The notes: generated by a model from the sequence alone, not told the origin. A stretch of DNA of 64,000 bases from a virus (IMGVR_UViG_3300014059_000005:1-64000), one strand, 5' to 3'; shown: positions 46,232 to 56,961, counted from the first letter of the stretch. Translations and numbers: made by a program.

Positions 46232-46885
46232 ATGGCAGGTGCCTGGGAGATTCAGAAGACCTGCATGGTGGGCATCCTGCACACTGAAAACGTAACGATG
46301 GCCTGGTCCCTGGGCCTTCGTAATCTCATGGTTCCTGGGCCTATTGTCCCTGTAGCCGGCATGCCATTCTGCCATGCGAGAAACCGTCTTTGTATGATGG
46401 CTCTCGAATCGGGTGTAGATTACATACTCATGCTCGATTCCGATGTAATTCCGCCCAAGGACGCCATCCTCCGGCTCATGCGGCATAACCTTCCCATCGT
46501 TTCCGGTGTCTACCACCGTAGGTCCAACCCGGCCGGCATCCCCGTGATGATGAAACCCGTGGGCCAATGGGTGATCGACTATCCCAAGAACGCTCTGATC
46601 GAGGTGGATGTGGTAGGCGCTGGAATGTTGTTGATTCGTAGGGATGTTCTCGAAGACCTTCAGCCGGTCATGCCCGGCAAGCACTGGTTCTATTGGGGAG
46701 TGGACATGCAGGGACTCCTGCCCCAAGAAAAGTGCCTTTCGGAAGATTTCGTGTTTTGCCGAGAAGTAAATAAGCAACTCGGCCACAAGATCATGGTCGA
46801 TACTTCGGTACAATGTTTGCATGTCGGCTACTCGGAAGTGACCCATCGGAACATGGCACCTATGGAGTGCCGACCGATGACCTAG
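46232..46885 (+). CDS. GT2-family (GT-A) glycosyltransferase
   Basis: ARNRLC, DYILMLDSD (DxD), IVSGVY, GAGMLLIRR, SEDFVFC. Confidence 0.85.
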   Translation: MAGAWEIQKTCMVGILHTENVTMAWSLGLRNLMVPGPIVPVAGMPFCHARNRLCMMALESGVDYILMLDSDVIPPKDAILRLMRHNLPIVSGVYHRRSNPAGIPVMMKPVGQWVIDYPKNALIEVDVVGAGMLLIRRDVLEDLQPVMPGKHWFYWGVDMQGLLPQEKCLSEDFVFCREVNKQLGHKIMVDTSVQCLHVGYSEVTHRNMAPMECRPMT

Positions 46886-46912
46886 ATCCGGGAATCTCAG
46901 AGGAGGCATACC

Positions 46913-47209
46913 ATGCTCTGTCCAATCTGTCGGCGAATGGGGTGCGATTGTAGTGCCCACGAGGTCCTCCCGGTTTGCACCACTTGCGGCATCCATGTGC
47001 ATCTGTGCTCCTGCTGGATGTCCACGGATCGCAAGATGGATCGCACTCAGAAGGACTCCATCGATCAGACTGAGCAGGCCCTCCTGGAACTCGATCGACA
47101 GCGTAGTGAACTCGAAAACGAGAAACGCAAGCTCCAGTCCAGGATCGATCGGCTGAACATGAAGATCATGTCGGTCCAGCTGGGCAGTGAGGATTTCCAG
47201 AGAAGGTAA
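46913..47209 (+). CDS. Cys-rich coiled-coil protein
   Basis: CPIC..C.C, CTTC, C-terminal heptads. Confidence 0.55.
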   Translation: MLCPICRRMGCDCSAHEVLPVCTTCGIHVHLCSCWMSTDRKMDRTQKDSIDQTEQALLELDRQRSELENEKRKLQSRIDRLNMKIMSVQLGSEDFQRR

Positions 47210-47219
47210 AGAGGGTAGA

Positions 47220-47780
47220 GTGGACGACAGCAAAAAACTCGTGAAGGCATCGTTCGGCCTCGGGAAACACCAGGTTCGCCTGGTGTGTTACGAGTCCGAA
47301 TTTTCCAGGATGCTCGAAGTATGGAACATTGCCAGGTACGACCTGGAGAGCCTAGAGGAGTCCAGGCACCTGCTGGCGGTGATCCGATTCGACGACGGCT
47401 ACCGTCGAGGACTGTTCAGCATCCCCGACATGGTCTACCTTTCTAACATCGAGAGCACGGCCCCGCTGCTCCCAGGAGACGGTGCAGATATGCCCCAGGC
47501 CCAGACCGTGGTACTCCACGTCCTCACCGATCAGCACTGGTTCTCGATCACCTCGTCCCAGGATCTGGCACAGACGGTTCTCCACAACTGGGGCTCTGCC
47601 AAGTCCGAGGTGGGCAAGAACGGCCCGGACAAGGAACAGGCATTGAGGTTTCTATCCTGTGGCTGCATCGACATCCGGGGAACGGATTCCAGGGCCGTGA
47701 TCGACACCAAGTCGGTCATCGGTATGTACATCGGTCCTCTGGATAAAGCCTCCGGCATACCCCAGGCTTCTAGCAACTGA
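47220..47780 (+). CDS. hypothetical protein
   Basis: GTG start after GAGG. Confidence 0.6.
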   Translation: MDDSKKLVKASFGLGKHQVRLVCYESEFSRMLEVWNIARYDLESLEESRHLLAVIRFDDGYRRGLFSIPDMVYLSNIESTAPLLPGDGADMPQAQTVVLHVLTDQHWFSITSSQDLAQTVLHNWGSAKSEVGKNGPDKEQALRFLSCGCIDIRGTDSRAVIDTKSVIGMYIGPLDKASGIPQASSN

Positions 47781-47817
47781 CCTATCTTGATCCATTCTGG
47801 TCCTTTCTGGGGATTCC

Positions 47818-48924
47818 ATGCGAGTAGTAGTCGTGAGCACGCCGATCTTCCGCACCACCAGTACAGGTATACCTGGGTACAGTGGTCTGGAACAATTGGC
47901 CTGGATCCAGGCCAAGGGTCTTGCGGCCAAGGGTCATGAGGTCTTCCTGGTGGCCCCAGACGGCTCCGAGTGCCCTGGGGTCACGGTGATCCCCGTGGGG
48001 CCAGAGAAGCAGGTGGACGAGAAGATGGCCTATGGGGGCTACAAGGAGGTCAAGGATGCCAAGGGCAATGTCGTCCGACCCAAGTACCCAGGCTACTGGA
48101 ATTTCCTACCCGAAGCCGATGTTGTGATAGATAACGGATGGCAAAAGTATAGCTATCTGCTCAAGGGTGAGGGCAAGCTCAAGGCCCCCGTGCTCGGTGT
48201 GATGCACGCCCCCGTCAATACCATTTACCAGTCTCTTCCCCCCAATGTCGAGAAGCCCTGCTTCGTCTGCATCTCCAACGATCAGGCCGATCATTTCCGG
48301 AACCTGTTCGATGCCGATTGCCGGGTGGCCAGGAACGGTATCGACATCGATCACTACAAGGCACTCGATATCCCCAGGACCAGGCGGTATCTGTTCCTGG
48401 CTCGGTTCTCCATGGTGAAGTCCCCCGATGTGGCCATCGATGTCGCCAAACGAGCCGATGTCGAATTGGACCTCGTGGGCGATACCTCTATTACCAACGA
48501 GCCAGAATTCTTCCATCACTGTCAGAAGATGGCCGATGGCAAGAAGATCAAGATCATCGGTGGAGTGACCCGTGGGGAGACCGTCTACTGGTACTCCCGA
48601 GCCCATGCCTTCTTGCACCTCAACAACCGATTCCGGGAGCCTCTAGGGTTGGCGCCTCTAGAGGCAGGAGCCTGCGGTTTAGCCGTCGTGGCATGGAAAT
48701 ATGGAGCACTCAAGGAGACTATTCGCCAGGGCGAGACCGGCTTCCTGGTCCGATCCGCCGATCAGGCTGTCCACGCTATCAACATCCTGCAAGAGAAGTC
48801 CGATCAAGCCATGTCGGTCATGAGATCCAATTGCCGGGACTGGGTAGCCTCCCAGTTCTCCCTCCAGGGCATGGTGGACCGCTACGACGAGTTGATCCAT
48901 GAGGCGGTAGATGGAGGGTGGTAG
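47818..48924 (+). CDS. GT4-family (GT-B) glycosyltransferase
   Basis: GYSGLEQ, KGHEVFL, NGID, LFLARF..VKSPD, EPLGLAPLEAGACG. Confidence 0.9.
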   Translation: MRVVVVSTPIFRTTSTGIPGYSGLEQLAWIQAKGLAAKGHEVFLVAPDGSECPGVTVIPVGPEKQVDEKMAYGGYKEVKDAKGNVVRPKYPGYWNFLPEADVVIDNGWQKYSYLLKGEGKLKAPVLGVMHAPVNTIYQSLPPNVEKPCFVCISNDQADHFRNLFDADCRVARNGIDIDHYKALDIPRTRRYLFLARFSMVKSPDVAIDVAKRADVELDLVGDTSITNEPEFFHHCQKMADGKKIKIIGGVTRGETVYWYSRAHAFLHLNNRFREPLGLAPLEAGACGLAVVAWKYGALKETIRQGETGFLVRSADQAVHAINILQEKSDQAMSVMRSNCRDWVASQFSLQGMVDRYDELIHEAVDGGW

Positions 48925-49455
48925 ATGGGGGTAGCTCCACGAGGGAAATCAATACGATACAAAGGGGGTCAAAGGAAAAATGGACCAACAAAAGAGTACC
49001 AAACATGGTTGGGGATGAAGGCTCGTTGTCACAGAAACGGACGTGGAGATAAAGATTATGGAGAACGTGGAATCGCGGTTTGTGACCGGTGGCGACACTC
49101 TTTTGAAAACTTTCTGATGGACATGGGACCAGCCCCCACCAGCAAGCATGAAATAGATCGCAAAAACAACGATGCGGATTACGATCCTAGTAATTGCCAA
49201 TGGGCAACACGAACCATGCAGAACCGAAATAAAAGAAATAGTCGTAAGATAACCGCTTTGGGGAGGACAGAGACGCTATCTGTATGGGTCTTGGAGACTG
49301 GATTATCACACAAAACGATTACCGGTCGCATCGACGAGTACGGTTGGAGTCCGGAAAAAGCAATTACTACACCAAAAAATGCCACAAGATTTGGTAATCA
49401 GAATGCTAAGGGCGGTTCTAAGAAGAGAGCACAAGAGACGAACTCGCAGAAGTAA
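48925..49455 (+). CDS. HNH homing endonuclease (same family as 33723-34499)
   Basis: YGERGIAVCDRW..SFENFLMDMG..P...IDRKNND.DY.PSNCQWAT...QNRN; AT-richer DNA. Confidence 0.85.
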   Translation: MGVAPRGKSIRYKGGQRKNGPTKEYQTWLGMKARCHRNGRGDKDYGERGIAVCDRWRHSFENFLMDMGPAPTSKHEIDRKNNDADYDPSNCQWATRTMQNRNKRNSRKITALGRTETLSVWVLETGLSHKTITGRIDEYGWSPEKAITTPKNATRFGNQNAKGGSKKRAQETNSQK

Positions 49456-49746
49456 CGGGAGCGATACCGGCCAATTAGAGACTCGTCCTTTAGTTATGAT
49501 GGGGGCTAGTAGATGGAAATTCCCGACGACGTTCGGAAGGCCGCGTCCGTGGTCCTGGGCATCGCCTGGGCGGACGACGTGATGCGGCAATCCGAGGGGG
49601 CTCTGTGTTGCGTGGCCCCCGAGAACTTCCGGAACCTGCTCGAAAACGCCGAGACCCTGGCCAGGTGGGTCGAGTCCCTCACCGGAGGTGTCCGCTAAAC
49701 ACGGACCTAACACTTTCTACCGCTGATACACTTTCAAGGAGCAACA

Positions 49747-50097
49747 ATGGCCCGACGACGTATCGAGAACGAGGTCGAATCCACCGGCCAGTGTACATTG
49801 GTCCCGGCAGTCCCTGGCAAGCGGATCATCGTTACCGGGATCCGTTTGTACTTGCCGAAAGTTTCGTCCTATCCCGATGTCCAGGTGTATTTCGGCAGCC
49901 TCCGATACACCCCGACCGTGGAACTCACCAACGTGTTCGGCGGACAGAACGTCAGCAATCCTGCCCTCACCCTGGGGTACAACCCCGATGGTTGGATGGC
50001 GACTCTGCCTGGGGAGTCCCTTATCGTCTACGGAATCAACACTCAGTACGAGGGATACACCCTGGGCGGGGGGATTACCTACCAGCTGGACGACTGA
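49747..50097 (+). CDS. small structural-type protein
   Basis: LVPAVPGKRIIV...NPDGWMATLPGESL. Confidence 0.6.
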   Translation: MARRRIENEVESTGQCTLVPAVPGKRIIVTGIRLYLPKVSSYPDVQVYFGSLRYTPTVELTNVFGGQNVSNPALTLGYNPDGWMATLPGESLIVYGINTQYEGYTLGGGITYQLDD

Positions 50098-50162
50098 CGG
50101 ACGTTCCTGACTGGTGGTCTTGACGGATGGGTTCCGGCGAGAGATTTCTGACAGGAGATACG

Positions 50163-51272
50163 ATGCTGTACTCCGTTTGCCTTTGTCTGGCGGTCGCCCC
50201 GGCCCAGCTGATGGCCCCGGGTGGGGAGACCGAGTGCCGGTCCCTTCTGCCGCGAACCGAGGACACTGCCCTCAAGGAACTTCTGTCCCGCAAGGGCCTG
50301 GTGTTCTACACCGATAGTGAGATCCCGCCCGCCCATCAGCATTCTGGTACTGTGATCTCCACCAGGCTCAATATCTCGGCCAATCGCTCCGAACCCTTTG
50401 GTAACCCCAATCGGGAGTTCCCCTGGTCCGCCGCTGCTGGAACCCACAAGACCACCAATTTCAGGAAGTTCAATTTCCTCAGCCTGCCCAAGCCCATCGA
50501 GTGCTGGGAAGAAACTCTGACCGCTGTCACTGGTCGCCTGACCCACGACAAGAAGATCACCGATACCATCAAGGAGCGTAACCTCCGCTGGAAGTTCCCC
50601 GACAAGTCTGTGGTTTGCGAAGTCCTCCTCCTCCAGGAGCCCAAAGGGAAATGGTATCCCTTCGATGTCCGCACCAGGACCAAGGATGGAGATTCCTGGC
50701 GGATGAACGCCTACCGACCCTTCCGCACCTTCGAGCAGATGCTGGACTGGATCAAGATCAACCACCCCGACTTCGATACCGCTGGCTACGAGAAGCAATG
50801 CTCGATCGAGAATCAGAAGATCAAGAGCACACACCCTGATCTAACCGTGTTCGAGTCCGACTCAGCGATCCAGACTCTGGCACCACTCCCTCCTGTCATG
50901 ATCCGGGGGATGCTGACCAAACCCTTTGTTTCGGTACGGGAGTCGGTGTGGGTCCGCAATGGTAAGATTTCTGGTTTTGCTCCTACCACCCAGGCCGACT
51001 TCCAGATCGTCCCCAAGAACTACACCGGGGGTTTTGTTCGGGTCAACAATGTCCAGTGTATGCGATGCCATTCAGGCACCCTCCAGGAGGCTGGAGACTT
51101 CGACTTCCAGAGGGACTGGTACGGCAGAGTTCGGGGCGATGATGGGATCTTCTCCTTCCATCCCTTCGAGCCTTCTTCGGTGTCGATGGTCTACGAGCCG
51201 AACTCCCCACCGCCCTACCAACTCAACAGGAAGTTGGTTGCCGCAGGATTGATCGTTCGCAAGAAGAAGTAA
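50163..51272 (+). CDS. secreted protein with CxxCH motif
   Basis: Signal-like N-terminus, WKFPDKSVVCEVL, QCMRCH, GDDGIFSFHPF. Confidence 0.65.
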   Translation: MLYSVCLCLAVAPAQLMAPGGETECRSLLPRTEDTALKELLSRKGLVFYTDSEIPPAHQHSGTVISTRLNISANRSEPFGNPNREFPWSAAAGTHKTTNFRKFNFLSLPKPIECWEETLTAVTGRLTHDKKITDTIKERNLRWKFPDKSVVCEVLLLQEPKGKWYPFDVRTRTKDGDSWRMNAYRPFRTFEQMLDWIKINHPDFDTAGYEKQCSIENQKIKSTHPDLTVFESDSAIQTLAPLPPVMIRGMLTKPFVSVRESVWVRNGKISGFAPTTQADFQIVPKNYTGGFVRVNNVQCMRCHSGTLQEAGDFDFQRDWYGRVRGDDGIFSFHPFEPSSVSMVYEPNSPPPYQLNRKLVAAGLIVRKKK

Positions 51273-51313
51273 CAACACTGAAGAGGTAACTGCACGAGGC
51301 ATGAGGGAGATAC

Positions 51314-51649
51314 ATGGCGACTTACTGGTGTAGGGAATGCTGCAAGCCCATCCTCGAAGGTCAATCCTCCGTATGTACGGCGGTATCCGTTGCTGACTAT
51401 TACATGGGGTACGGACTGTTCAGTTATCATGAGTCCTGCCTCGACGCCATGCCGGAGGAGAAGCGAAAAGAGGCGGGGAAGATCAAGAGCACACACTTCG
51501 AGGAGTCTGATAGGAAGCTCAGACTGTGTCCGGTAATGGTCGTCGATCTCGAAAACCTGATCGATGAGGTGGCTTCCAACGGGGAAGGAACCTCCCTGTC
51601 ACTTATTCGTGATTGGGTAAACGAGATGAAGTCGAGGATACGGGACTGA
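51314..51649 (+). CDS. hypothetical Zn-binding protein
   Basis: CRECC...HESC; flanked by a direct repeat. Confidence 0.6.
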   Translation: MATYWCRECCKPILEGQSSVCTAVSVADYYMGYGLFSYHESCLDAMPEEKRKEAGKIKSTHFEESDRKLRLCPVMVVDLENLIDEVASNGEGTSLSLIRDWVNEMKSRIRD

Positions 51650-51690
51650 TCGTTCGCAAGAAGTAACCACACAGGACAGCCGAGAACCCG

Positions 51691-52050
51691 ATGGACAACA
51701 AGACCGCACTGTTCCTGATCGAGATGTTTGCCACTCCAACTGAGTTGGGACTTCTGAAGGCATTGCGGGAGAACCCCAACGATGAGGCCTCCAGGAGAGC
51801 CTACATCGACTACCTGCGGGATAATGGCAGGGAAGGCTCCGCCGATGACATCGAGAAGGAAAACTGGATCCCGACCATCGGGCATGTGTATTCTGGAGGG
51901 TACAAGCGCACGATGCCCGTTGCTTCTGGGATGATCTGTTCTGGTGTTGGCCCCATCTCATTGGCTAATTCTGGGGAGGTAGGGGCGGGCAGCATTGGTT
52001 CTGGCCGGGTCGGACTGTTTCATTTTGCTTCTGGAACGGGTATTCTATGA
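51691..52050 (+). CDS. TIGR02996-like domain protein with SG-rich tail
   Basis: LLKALRENPNDEASRRAYIDYLRDNG matches the Gemmata/Myxococcus repeat-companion pattern. Confidence 0.65.
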   Translation: MDNKTALFLIEMFATPTELGLLKALRENPNDEASRRAYIDYLRDNGREGSADDIEKENWIPTIGHVYSGGYKRTMPVASGMICSGVGPISLANSGEVGAGSIGSGRVGLFHFASGTGIL

Positions 52051-53126
52051 ACCTCTACCTCACGGCAGACAGGATAGGCATTGCCTCCGGAGGTGGAGTC
52101 GTCACCCAGAATGAGCTACAGGCCCTCCAGGAGTTCTCGCAGGAGTTCTCGCAGGAGTCTGGAGATGGTGGCACCATTGCTCTCTCCATCGACCACACTG
52201 TCCACTATCCCACGCCCTTCGCCCAGGACGAGTATCTGCTCCAGCACGTCAAGCGACTCCCAGAAATTCCCCGGATCACCCACTGCTATTCCGGTTGCCT
52301 CACGAACACCCTCCAGTATCTGCGACAGAAGGGCTCCAAGATCGTCTACACCGCAGCCGCCCACTCCGTCGCCCTCAGCCGCCAGGCACACGAGGAGATG
52401 GGTGTCCCCTACGACTACCCCCACCTCAACGACCCCGTTCTCTGGGAGCGGTATCTGGAGGGGTACAAGACCGCCCACGCTCTCGTTTGCCCCTCCAGGC
52501 ACTCCAGGGACGTCATGCGGGGCTTCGGTTGCACCCAGCCGATCCATGTGATCCCTCATGGAATCTATCCTTCCGGTGCTCGGGTGTGGAGTCCGCCACG
52601 GATCTTTACTGTGGGCTACCTGGGGTCCTATGGCCCGGACAAGGGCATTCCCACATTGCTCAGAGCCTGGTCCAGACTCAAACTACCAGACGCGAAGCTC
52701 ATTCTAGCGGGTAGGGATTCTCGTACATCCTACGTCCAGAGACTTCTGTTCCAGAATTGTCCAGATTCCTCCAACGTCGAATGTCTGGGCTGGCTGGAGA
52801 GTATTACGCCCTTCTACGAATCGTTGTCGGCGTACACACAGAATTCGATTTCAGAGGGATTTGGAATTGAGGTCTTGGAAGCCATGTCGCATGGAGTTCC
52901 TGTTCTCTGTTCCGATCATGCGGGAGCCTGTGATCTGGTTCCCAGCAATTACCACTTCCGGGCAGGGGACCATAACCAACTAGCTGACAAACTGACCCAA
53001 CTCAGAAGTATCTTGCAAGCTGGGAACCACGATACGATCTCGCGCAACTGGCGGGATATTGGTTCTTATTACTCCTGGGACCGTGTCCGGGGGATGTACA
53101 GGGACTTATGGAGGACTCTCGCGTGA
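52047..53126 (+). CDS. GT4-family glycosyltransferase
   Basis: SGGG, VIPHGI, VGYLGS..PDKG, SEGFGIEVLEAMSHGVPV. Confidence 0.9.
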   Translation: MNLYLTADRIGIASGGGVVTQNELQALQEFSQEFSQESGDGGTIALSIDHTVHYPTPFAQDEYLLQHVKRLPEIPRITHCYSGCLTNTLQYLRQKGSKIVYTAAAHSVALSRQAHEEMGVPYDYPHLNDPVLWERYLEGYKTAHALVCPSRHSRDVMRGFGCTQPIHVIPHGIYPSGARVWSPPRIFTVGYLGSYGPDKGIPTLLRAWSRLKLPDAKLILAGRDSRTSYVQRLLFQNCPDSSNVECLGWLESITPFYESLSAYTQNSISEGFGIEVLEAMSHGVPVLCSDHAGACDLVPSNYHFRAGDHNQLADKLTQLRSILQAGNHDTISRNWRDIGSYYSWDRVRGMYRDLWRTLA

Positions 53127-53410
53127 ACTTACCGATACCTCAGATCCGTACCAAGTCTCAGGTGGATCGGCGACTCGCAGAATCCGTGGCCACCGAGATG
53201 AAGCAAGCTGTCGAGTACATCAACAAGGTACTCGACAGCTGTCGGGAATTGCCTGCACGATTGGAACTGAAGTACCTGGGACCTACACAACTGCACAACG
53301 AAATGTTGCGACGGTTGCGGGAATCCGGATACGATGTGAGGACGGACGAGGAAGCCGTCTGGAAGATTTCCTGAAGAGGTCTTCCGACTCCGATACACAT
53401 GGAGAGAGGT

Positions 53411-54100
53411 ATGCAATCCCAGGCAGAAGCCCAAACAGAATTCCAGGAAGAATTCGTATTACCGGAGCCCATACCTTCCAGACGCAAGGGGATCCCAGTT
53501 CCGAGAACAGCACTCCCCTCCCTACGTTCTGTGGAAGAGCGGAACGACATGGTGGTCGCCAACCGAGAACTGGTCTACTCCTACGTCCACGAATTCTTCC
53601 GAGCCCGCCAGGGGCTGGAGTTCGTCTACGACATGGAGGACGCCTGTGCCGATGGCTTCTTGGGTCTGATCCGTGCCTGTGAATTGTTCGATCCCGACAA
53701 GGGATTCGCTCTTTCCACCTATGTCCATTACTGGGTCTTCAACTACCTGATGGTGGGCATGCGGAACCAGTATCTGGTCCGTCGTAGTGGAGTCTGCCGC
53801 AAGACCTACAAACGATGGACCCTCAATGAGGACATCGATCAGAGAACCCACGAGGAAGACCCCACGGACCTCCTGGCCCAGGGAGATGCTCGCGAACTCC
53901 TGGAGGATGCCATGCGATTCCTCAATGTTCGCGAGAAGAGGGTCATCCAGTTGAAGCTCCAGGGCAAGACCCTGGAAGAATGCGGAGTCGAGATCGGAGT
54001 AACCAAGGAACGTGCCAGGCAGTTGCATATTCGGGCCAGGCAGAGACTTCGCAAGATCCTGGCCAACAACAGGCCCAAACTGACTGCGCAATCACTCTAG
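53411..54100 (+). CDS. sigma70-family sigma factor (RpoD/RpoH/FliA-like regions 2 and 4)
   Basis: GFLGLIRACELFDPDKGFALSTYVHYWV...REKRVI..TLEECGVEIGVTKERARQL. Confidence 0.9.
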   Translation: MQSQAEAQTEFQEEFVLPEPIPSRRKGIPVPRTALPSLRSVEERNDMVVANRELVYSYVHEFFRARQGLEFVYDMEDACADGFLGLIRACELFDPDKGFALSTYVHYWVFNYLMVGMRNQYLVRRSGVCRKTYKRWTLNEDIDQRTHEEDPTDLLAQGDARELLEDAMRFLNVREKRVIQLKLQGKTLEECGVEIGVTKERARQLHIRARQRLRKILANNRPKLTAQSL

Positions 54101-54112
54101 AAAAGGCTCCCT

Positions 54113-54553
54113 ATGGAAGGCTTTGCACTGTTGCTGGGCCACCTGGTCGGCGATTTCATTCTGCAAAATGACTTCCTTGCATACTGGAAGACCAATCCGC
54201 CCCCAGAACTGGATCACGGCGACGTTCCCGAGAAGCAGGACTTCCTGGAATACCTGTTCATGCTTCTGGTGGATATCTCCCCGGTATTGGTAGCGGCAAT
54301 TGCCTGCACACTACACTGCCTGCTCTACACTCTGGCGATCTGGGTCTTCAGTTACAAATGGATATCGATCTGGGGACTTCTCGCTTGTTTTCTTGCGCAT
54401 TGGCCCATCGATCGTTTTCGTCTGGCGAAGTGGTGGATGGGCAAGATGGGACAGACCAAGTTCGCCACGGGACCATTATCCCCCTGGTCGGTGATCGTGG
54501 TGGATAATACCTTTCATTTGCTGACCCTGTACGTCATCTGGTTGTGTCACTGA
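54113..54553 (+). CDS. DUF3307-like membrane protein
   Basis: GHLVGDFILQ, HCLLY, HWPID, DNTFH. Confidence 0.7.
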   Translation: MEGFALLLGHLVGDFILQNDFLAYWKTNPPPELDHGDVPEKQDFLEYLFMLLVDISPVLVAAIACTLHCLLYTLAIWVFSYKWISIWGLLACFLAHWPIDRFRLAKWWMGKMGQTKFATGPLSPWSVIVVDNTFHLLTLYVIWLCH

Positions 54554-54603
54554 GTTCTTCTGAATTCTTTTGAGTTCTTCGTTTCTATATCTCCAGGAAC
54601 AAT

Positions 54604-56463
54604 ATGATCCAGATCAACAAGCCGCCCCACCAACGCATCCTCGAACTGGGCGGTGGCGAGCATCCCAATCCAGCCTCCGATGTCCGCGTGGACATCCGTC
54701 CCATCGAGGGCAAGGTAGACTGGGTCCAGGACTTCGAGAACGAGCCTCTGCGATGCCAGTCCGGGGAATTCGATTGTGTCTATTCCCATTTCTGCCTGGA
54801 GCACATTAGCTACACCAAGCTGCCCGCCCTCTTGAAGGAGATCCATCGGGTCTTGAAGCCCAATGGTAAGGTGCTCATCGCCGTTCCCAATACCCTCAAG
54901 CAGATCGAATGGCTCCTGTCCCACCCCGAGGGCTGGGATGGTAAGGACTTCTTCACGGCCTCCTCGGAACTGCTATTTGGTTCCCAGACCTATGATGCCA
55001 ATGCCCACAAGTGCTTCTTTACCCCAGAAGCTCTGGCCAAACTCTTCCGAGAAGCTGGGTTCGATCACGTCCGCACCACCGCCTACGGTGAACGATCGAC
55101 CGACATGGTGCTCGATGCAGTCAAATTGGCACCAGGCAGCACCTCATCTACGACACAGTCTACAACACCAACTACTGTATCAACTACCGCACCAATTACT
55201 CCGCTCACCGAGGATGCCGTGGTCCAGGCCACGGAGAGCCTCAACGCCCTCATGGGGAGCAAGGACACCCCACAATCCCCCGCTCCAACGAGCATCGCTT
55301 CTCTTACGAGGGAGGAGATGTTCGACAAGCACTACTTCAACGGCGGTGGCAAGGTAGGTGGTTATGCCCGTGAGGGCTACTGGGACTATCCAGTCCACAA
55401 TATCACCGCCCAGCACGTTCGGGTCCGTCGCCCCCAATCTGTGCTGGAAATTGGCTGCGGTAGGGGCTATATCCTCAAACGCCTCCAGGATTGGGGAATT
55501 CCTGTCTGCGGTCTGGAAATCTCCCGGCATGCCTGGATGACCCGCGTCATCGATCCCATCCTCAACATCGATATTTGCACCGAGAGATGGCCAATCGAGG
55601 ATCAGGCCTTCGATATGTCCTTCTCGATGGCAACCTTCGAGCACATTCCTGAGCAGTACATTGCTCATGTTCTGTCGGAGTTGAGGAGGACGTGCAAGTC
55701 GCATTTGCATGGTATCGACTTCGGCCAGCATGACGATGGCTTTGATAAAACGCATGTAAGTCTTTTACCACCAACAACTTGGGTCCAGAAGTTCCATGAG
55801 GCGGGCCTGACCAACTTCGAGATTCTGGACAAGGAGTCTCTGGAACGGGGGGACATGCCCCAGGAAGTCTTTGCCGATGATGGCAAGATCAAGCTGGCGG
55901 TAGGCACCTTCACTGTAATGAGTCATTACGGTTGGCAGAACATCGACGTTCACGATCTCATGGGCTTTGCCCAGACGCATGGCTATCGCTACCACCGGAT
56001 CGATGCTCGCAATGGTCTACCCTGGAAGACCTCCGAGGTCTCTCTGATCTCCTGCTCGCACATGCTGGAGCATCTGAGTTACCGAGAGGGTCTGGGACTC
56101 CTGCGTGAGTTCCGCAGGCTCATCAAGCCCGATGGTGCGGTGCGGGTCGCGGTCCCCAATGCCCAACTCCTGCTCGAACACTACGAACGCCGTACTCTGG
56201 ATGAGTTCATCCCTATCAGTGATGGAGTCGAGAACGCCACCACCCAAATGCAGAAACTCTGGGCACTTCTCAATGAGGGCCACCAGGCTACCTATGACAG
56301 GGAGACCCTCTGCCAGCAGTTCGAGGACGCTGGATTCGTGCCCACGGTAGCAGCCTTCCGATCCTGTCTCCAGCATCCAGGTTCCCGACAGATCCTGCGG
56401 GAGACCCTGGACATGCACCCCAGTCTCTCGCTCTATGTGGATGCCGTTCCCAAAGTTGTCTGA
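54604..56463 (+). CDS. multi-domain class I SAM-dependent methyltransferase
   Basis: ILELGGG..CLEHI..RVLKPNG, VLEIGCGRG..FEHI, MLEHL..RLIKPDG (three MTase-like units). Confidence 0.85.
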   Translation: MIQINKPPHQRILELGGGEHPNPASDVRVDIRPIEGKVDWVQDFENEPLRCQSGEFDCVYSHFCLEHISYTKLPALLKEIHRVLKPNGKVLIAVPNTLKQIEWLLSHPEGWDGKDFFTASSELLFGSQTYDANAHKCFFTPEALAKLFREAGFDHVRTTAYGERSTDMVLDAVKLAPGSTSSTTQSTTPTTVSTTAPITPLTEDAVVQATESLNALMGSKDTPQSPAPTSIASLTREEMFDKHYFNGGGKVGGYAREGYWDYPVHNITAQHVRVRRPQSVLEIGCGRGYILKRLQDWGIPVCGLEISRHAWMTRVIDPILNIDICTERWPIEDQAFDMSFSMATFEHIPEQYIAHVLSELRRTCKSHLHGIDFGQHDDGFDKTHVSLLPPTTWVQKFHEAGLTNFEILDKESLERGDMPQEVFADDGKIKLAVGTFTVMSHYGWQNIDVHDLMGFAQTHGYRYHRIDARNGLPWKTSEVSLISCSHMLEHLSYREGLGLLREFRRLIKPDGAVRVAVPNAQLLLEHYERRTLDEFIPISDGVENATTQMQKLWALLNEGHQATYDRETLCQQFEDAGFVPTVAAFRSCLQHPGSRQILRETLDMHPSLSLYVDAVPKVV

Positions 56464-56472
56464 TTCCCAGAG

Positions 56473-56961
56473 TTGTTTGATTTTCAGGAGGTTCCCTTGC
56501 TCATCATCGGAGAAGGTGGCAATCTCTATGCCTCGGGCCAGCTGATCTGGTCCGGGGCCTATCCCGGACTCCTGTCGGGTACGGTCATGACTCCAGCGAT
56601 GGTCAGTGACTATCAATGGAACTGTGCAGAGTGTGGCACCCTGGTAAGGTGGTTCCAGCCCCGAGTGGAATTGTTCAACATCTCGGGTGGGATCCAGAGG
56701 TATTGCCTTCTCTGTACCAATTACGATACGGTGAAATTCCAATTCCGAACCAGGGAATCCTGGATCCAGGACTCTTTGCCCGTCTGGTGCTCAGGGGCTC
56801 CCTGGTACACGATCCATGATGTACTCCTGGATCAGGGCCGTACCAGGGATGCCGCCCACATTGCCAACCTGGCGATCTACCGTAATACCAGTTCTTCTGG
56901 GATCTCTTCTGGGATCTCTTCTGGAATTTCTTCGAGGATATCCTCCGGGATATCCTCGTAG
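56473..56961 (+). CDS. hypothetical Zn-ribbon protein with ISSG tail
   Basis: CAEC...CLLC; start uncertain. Confidence 0.5.
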   Translation: MFDFQEVPLLIIGEGGNLYASGQLIWSGAYPGLLSGTVMTPAMVSDYQWNCAECGTLVRWFQPRVELFNISGGIQRYCLLCTNYDTVKFQFRTRESWIQDSLPVWCSGAPWYTIHDVLLDQGRTRDAAHIANLAIYRNTSSSGISSGISSGISSRISSGISS

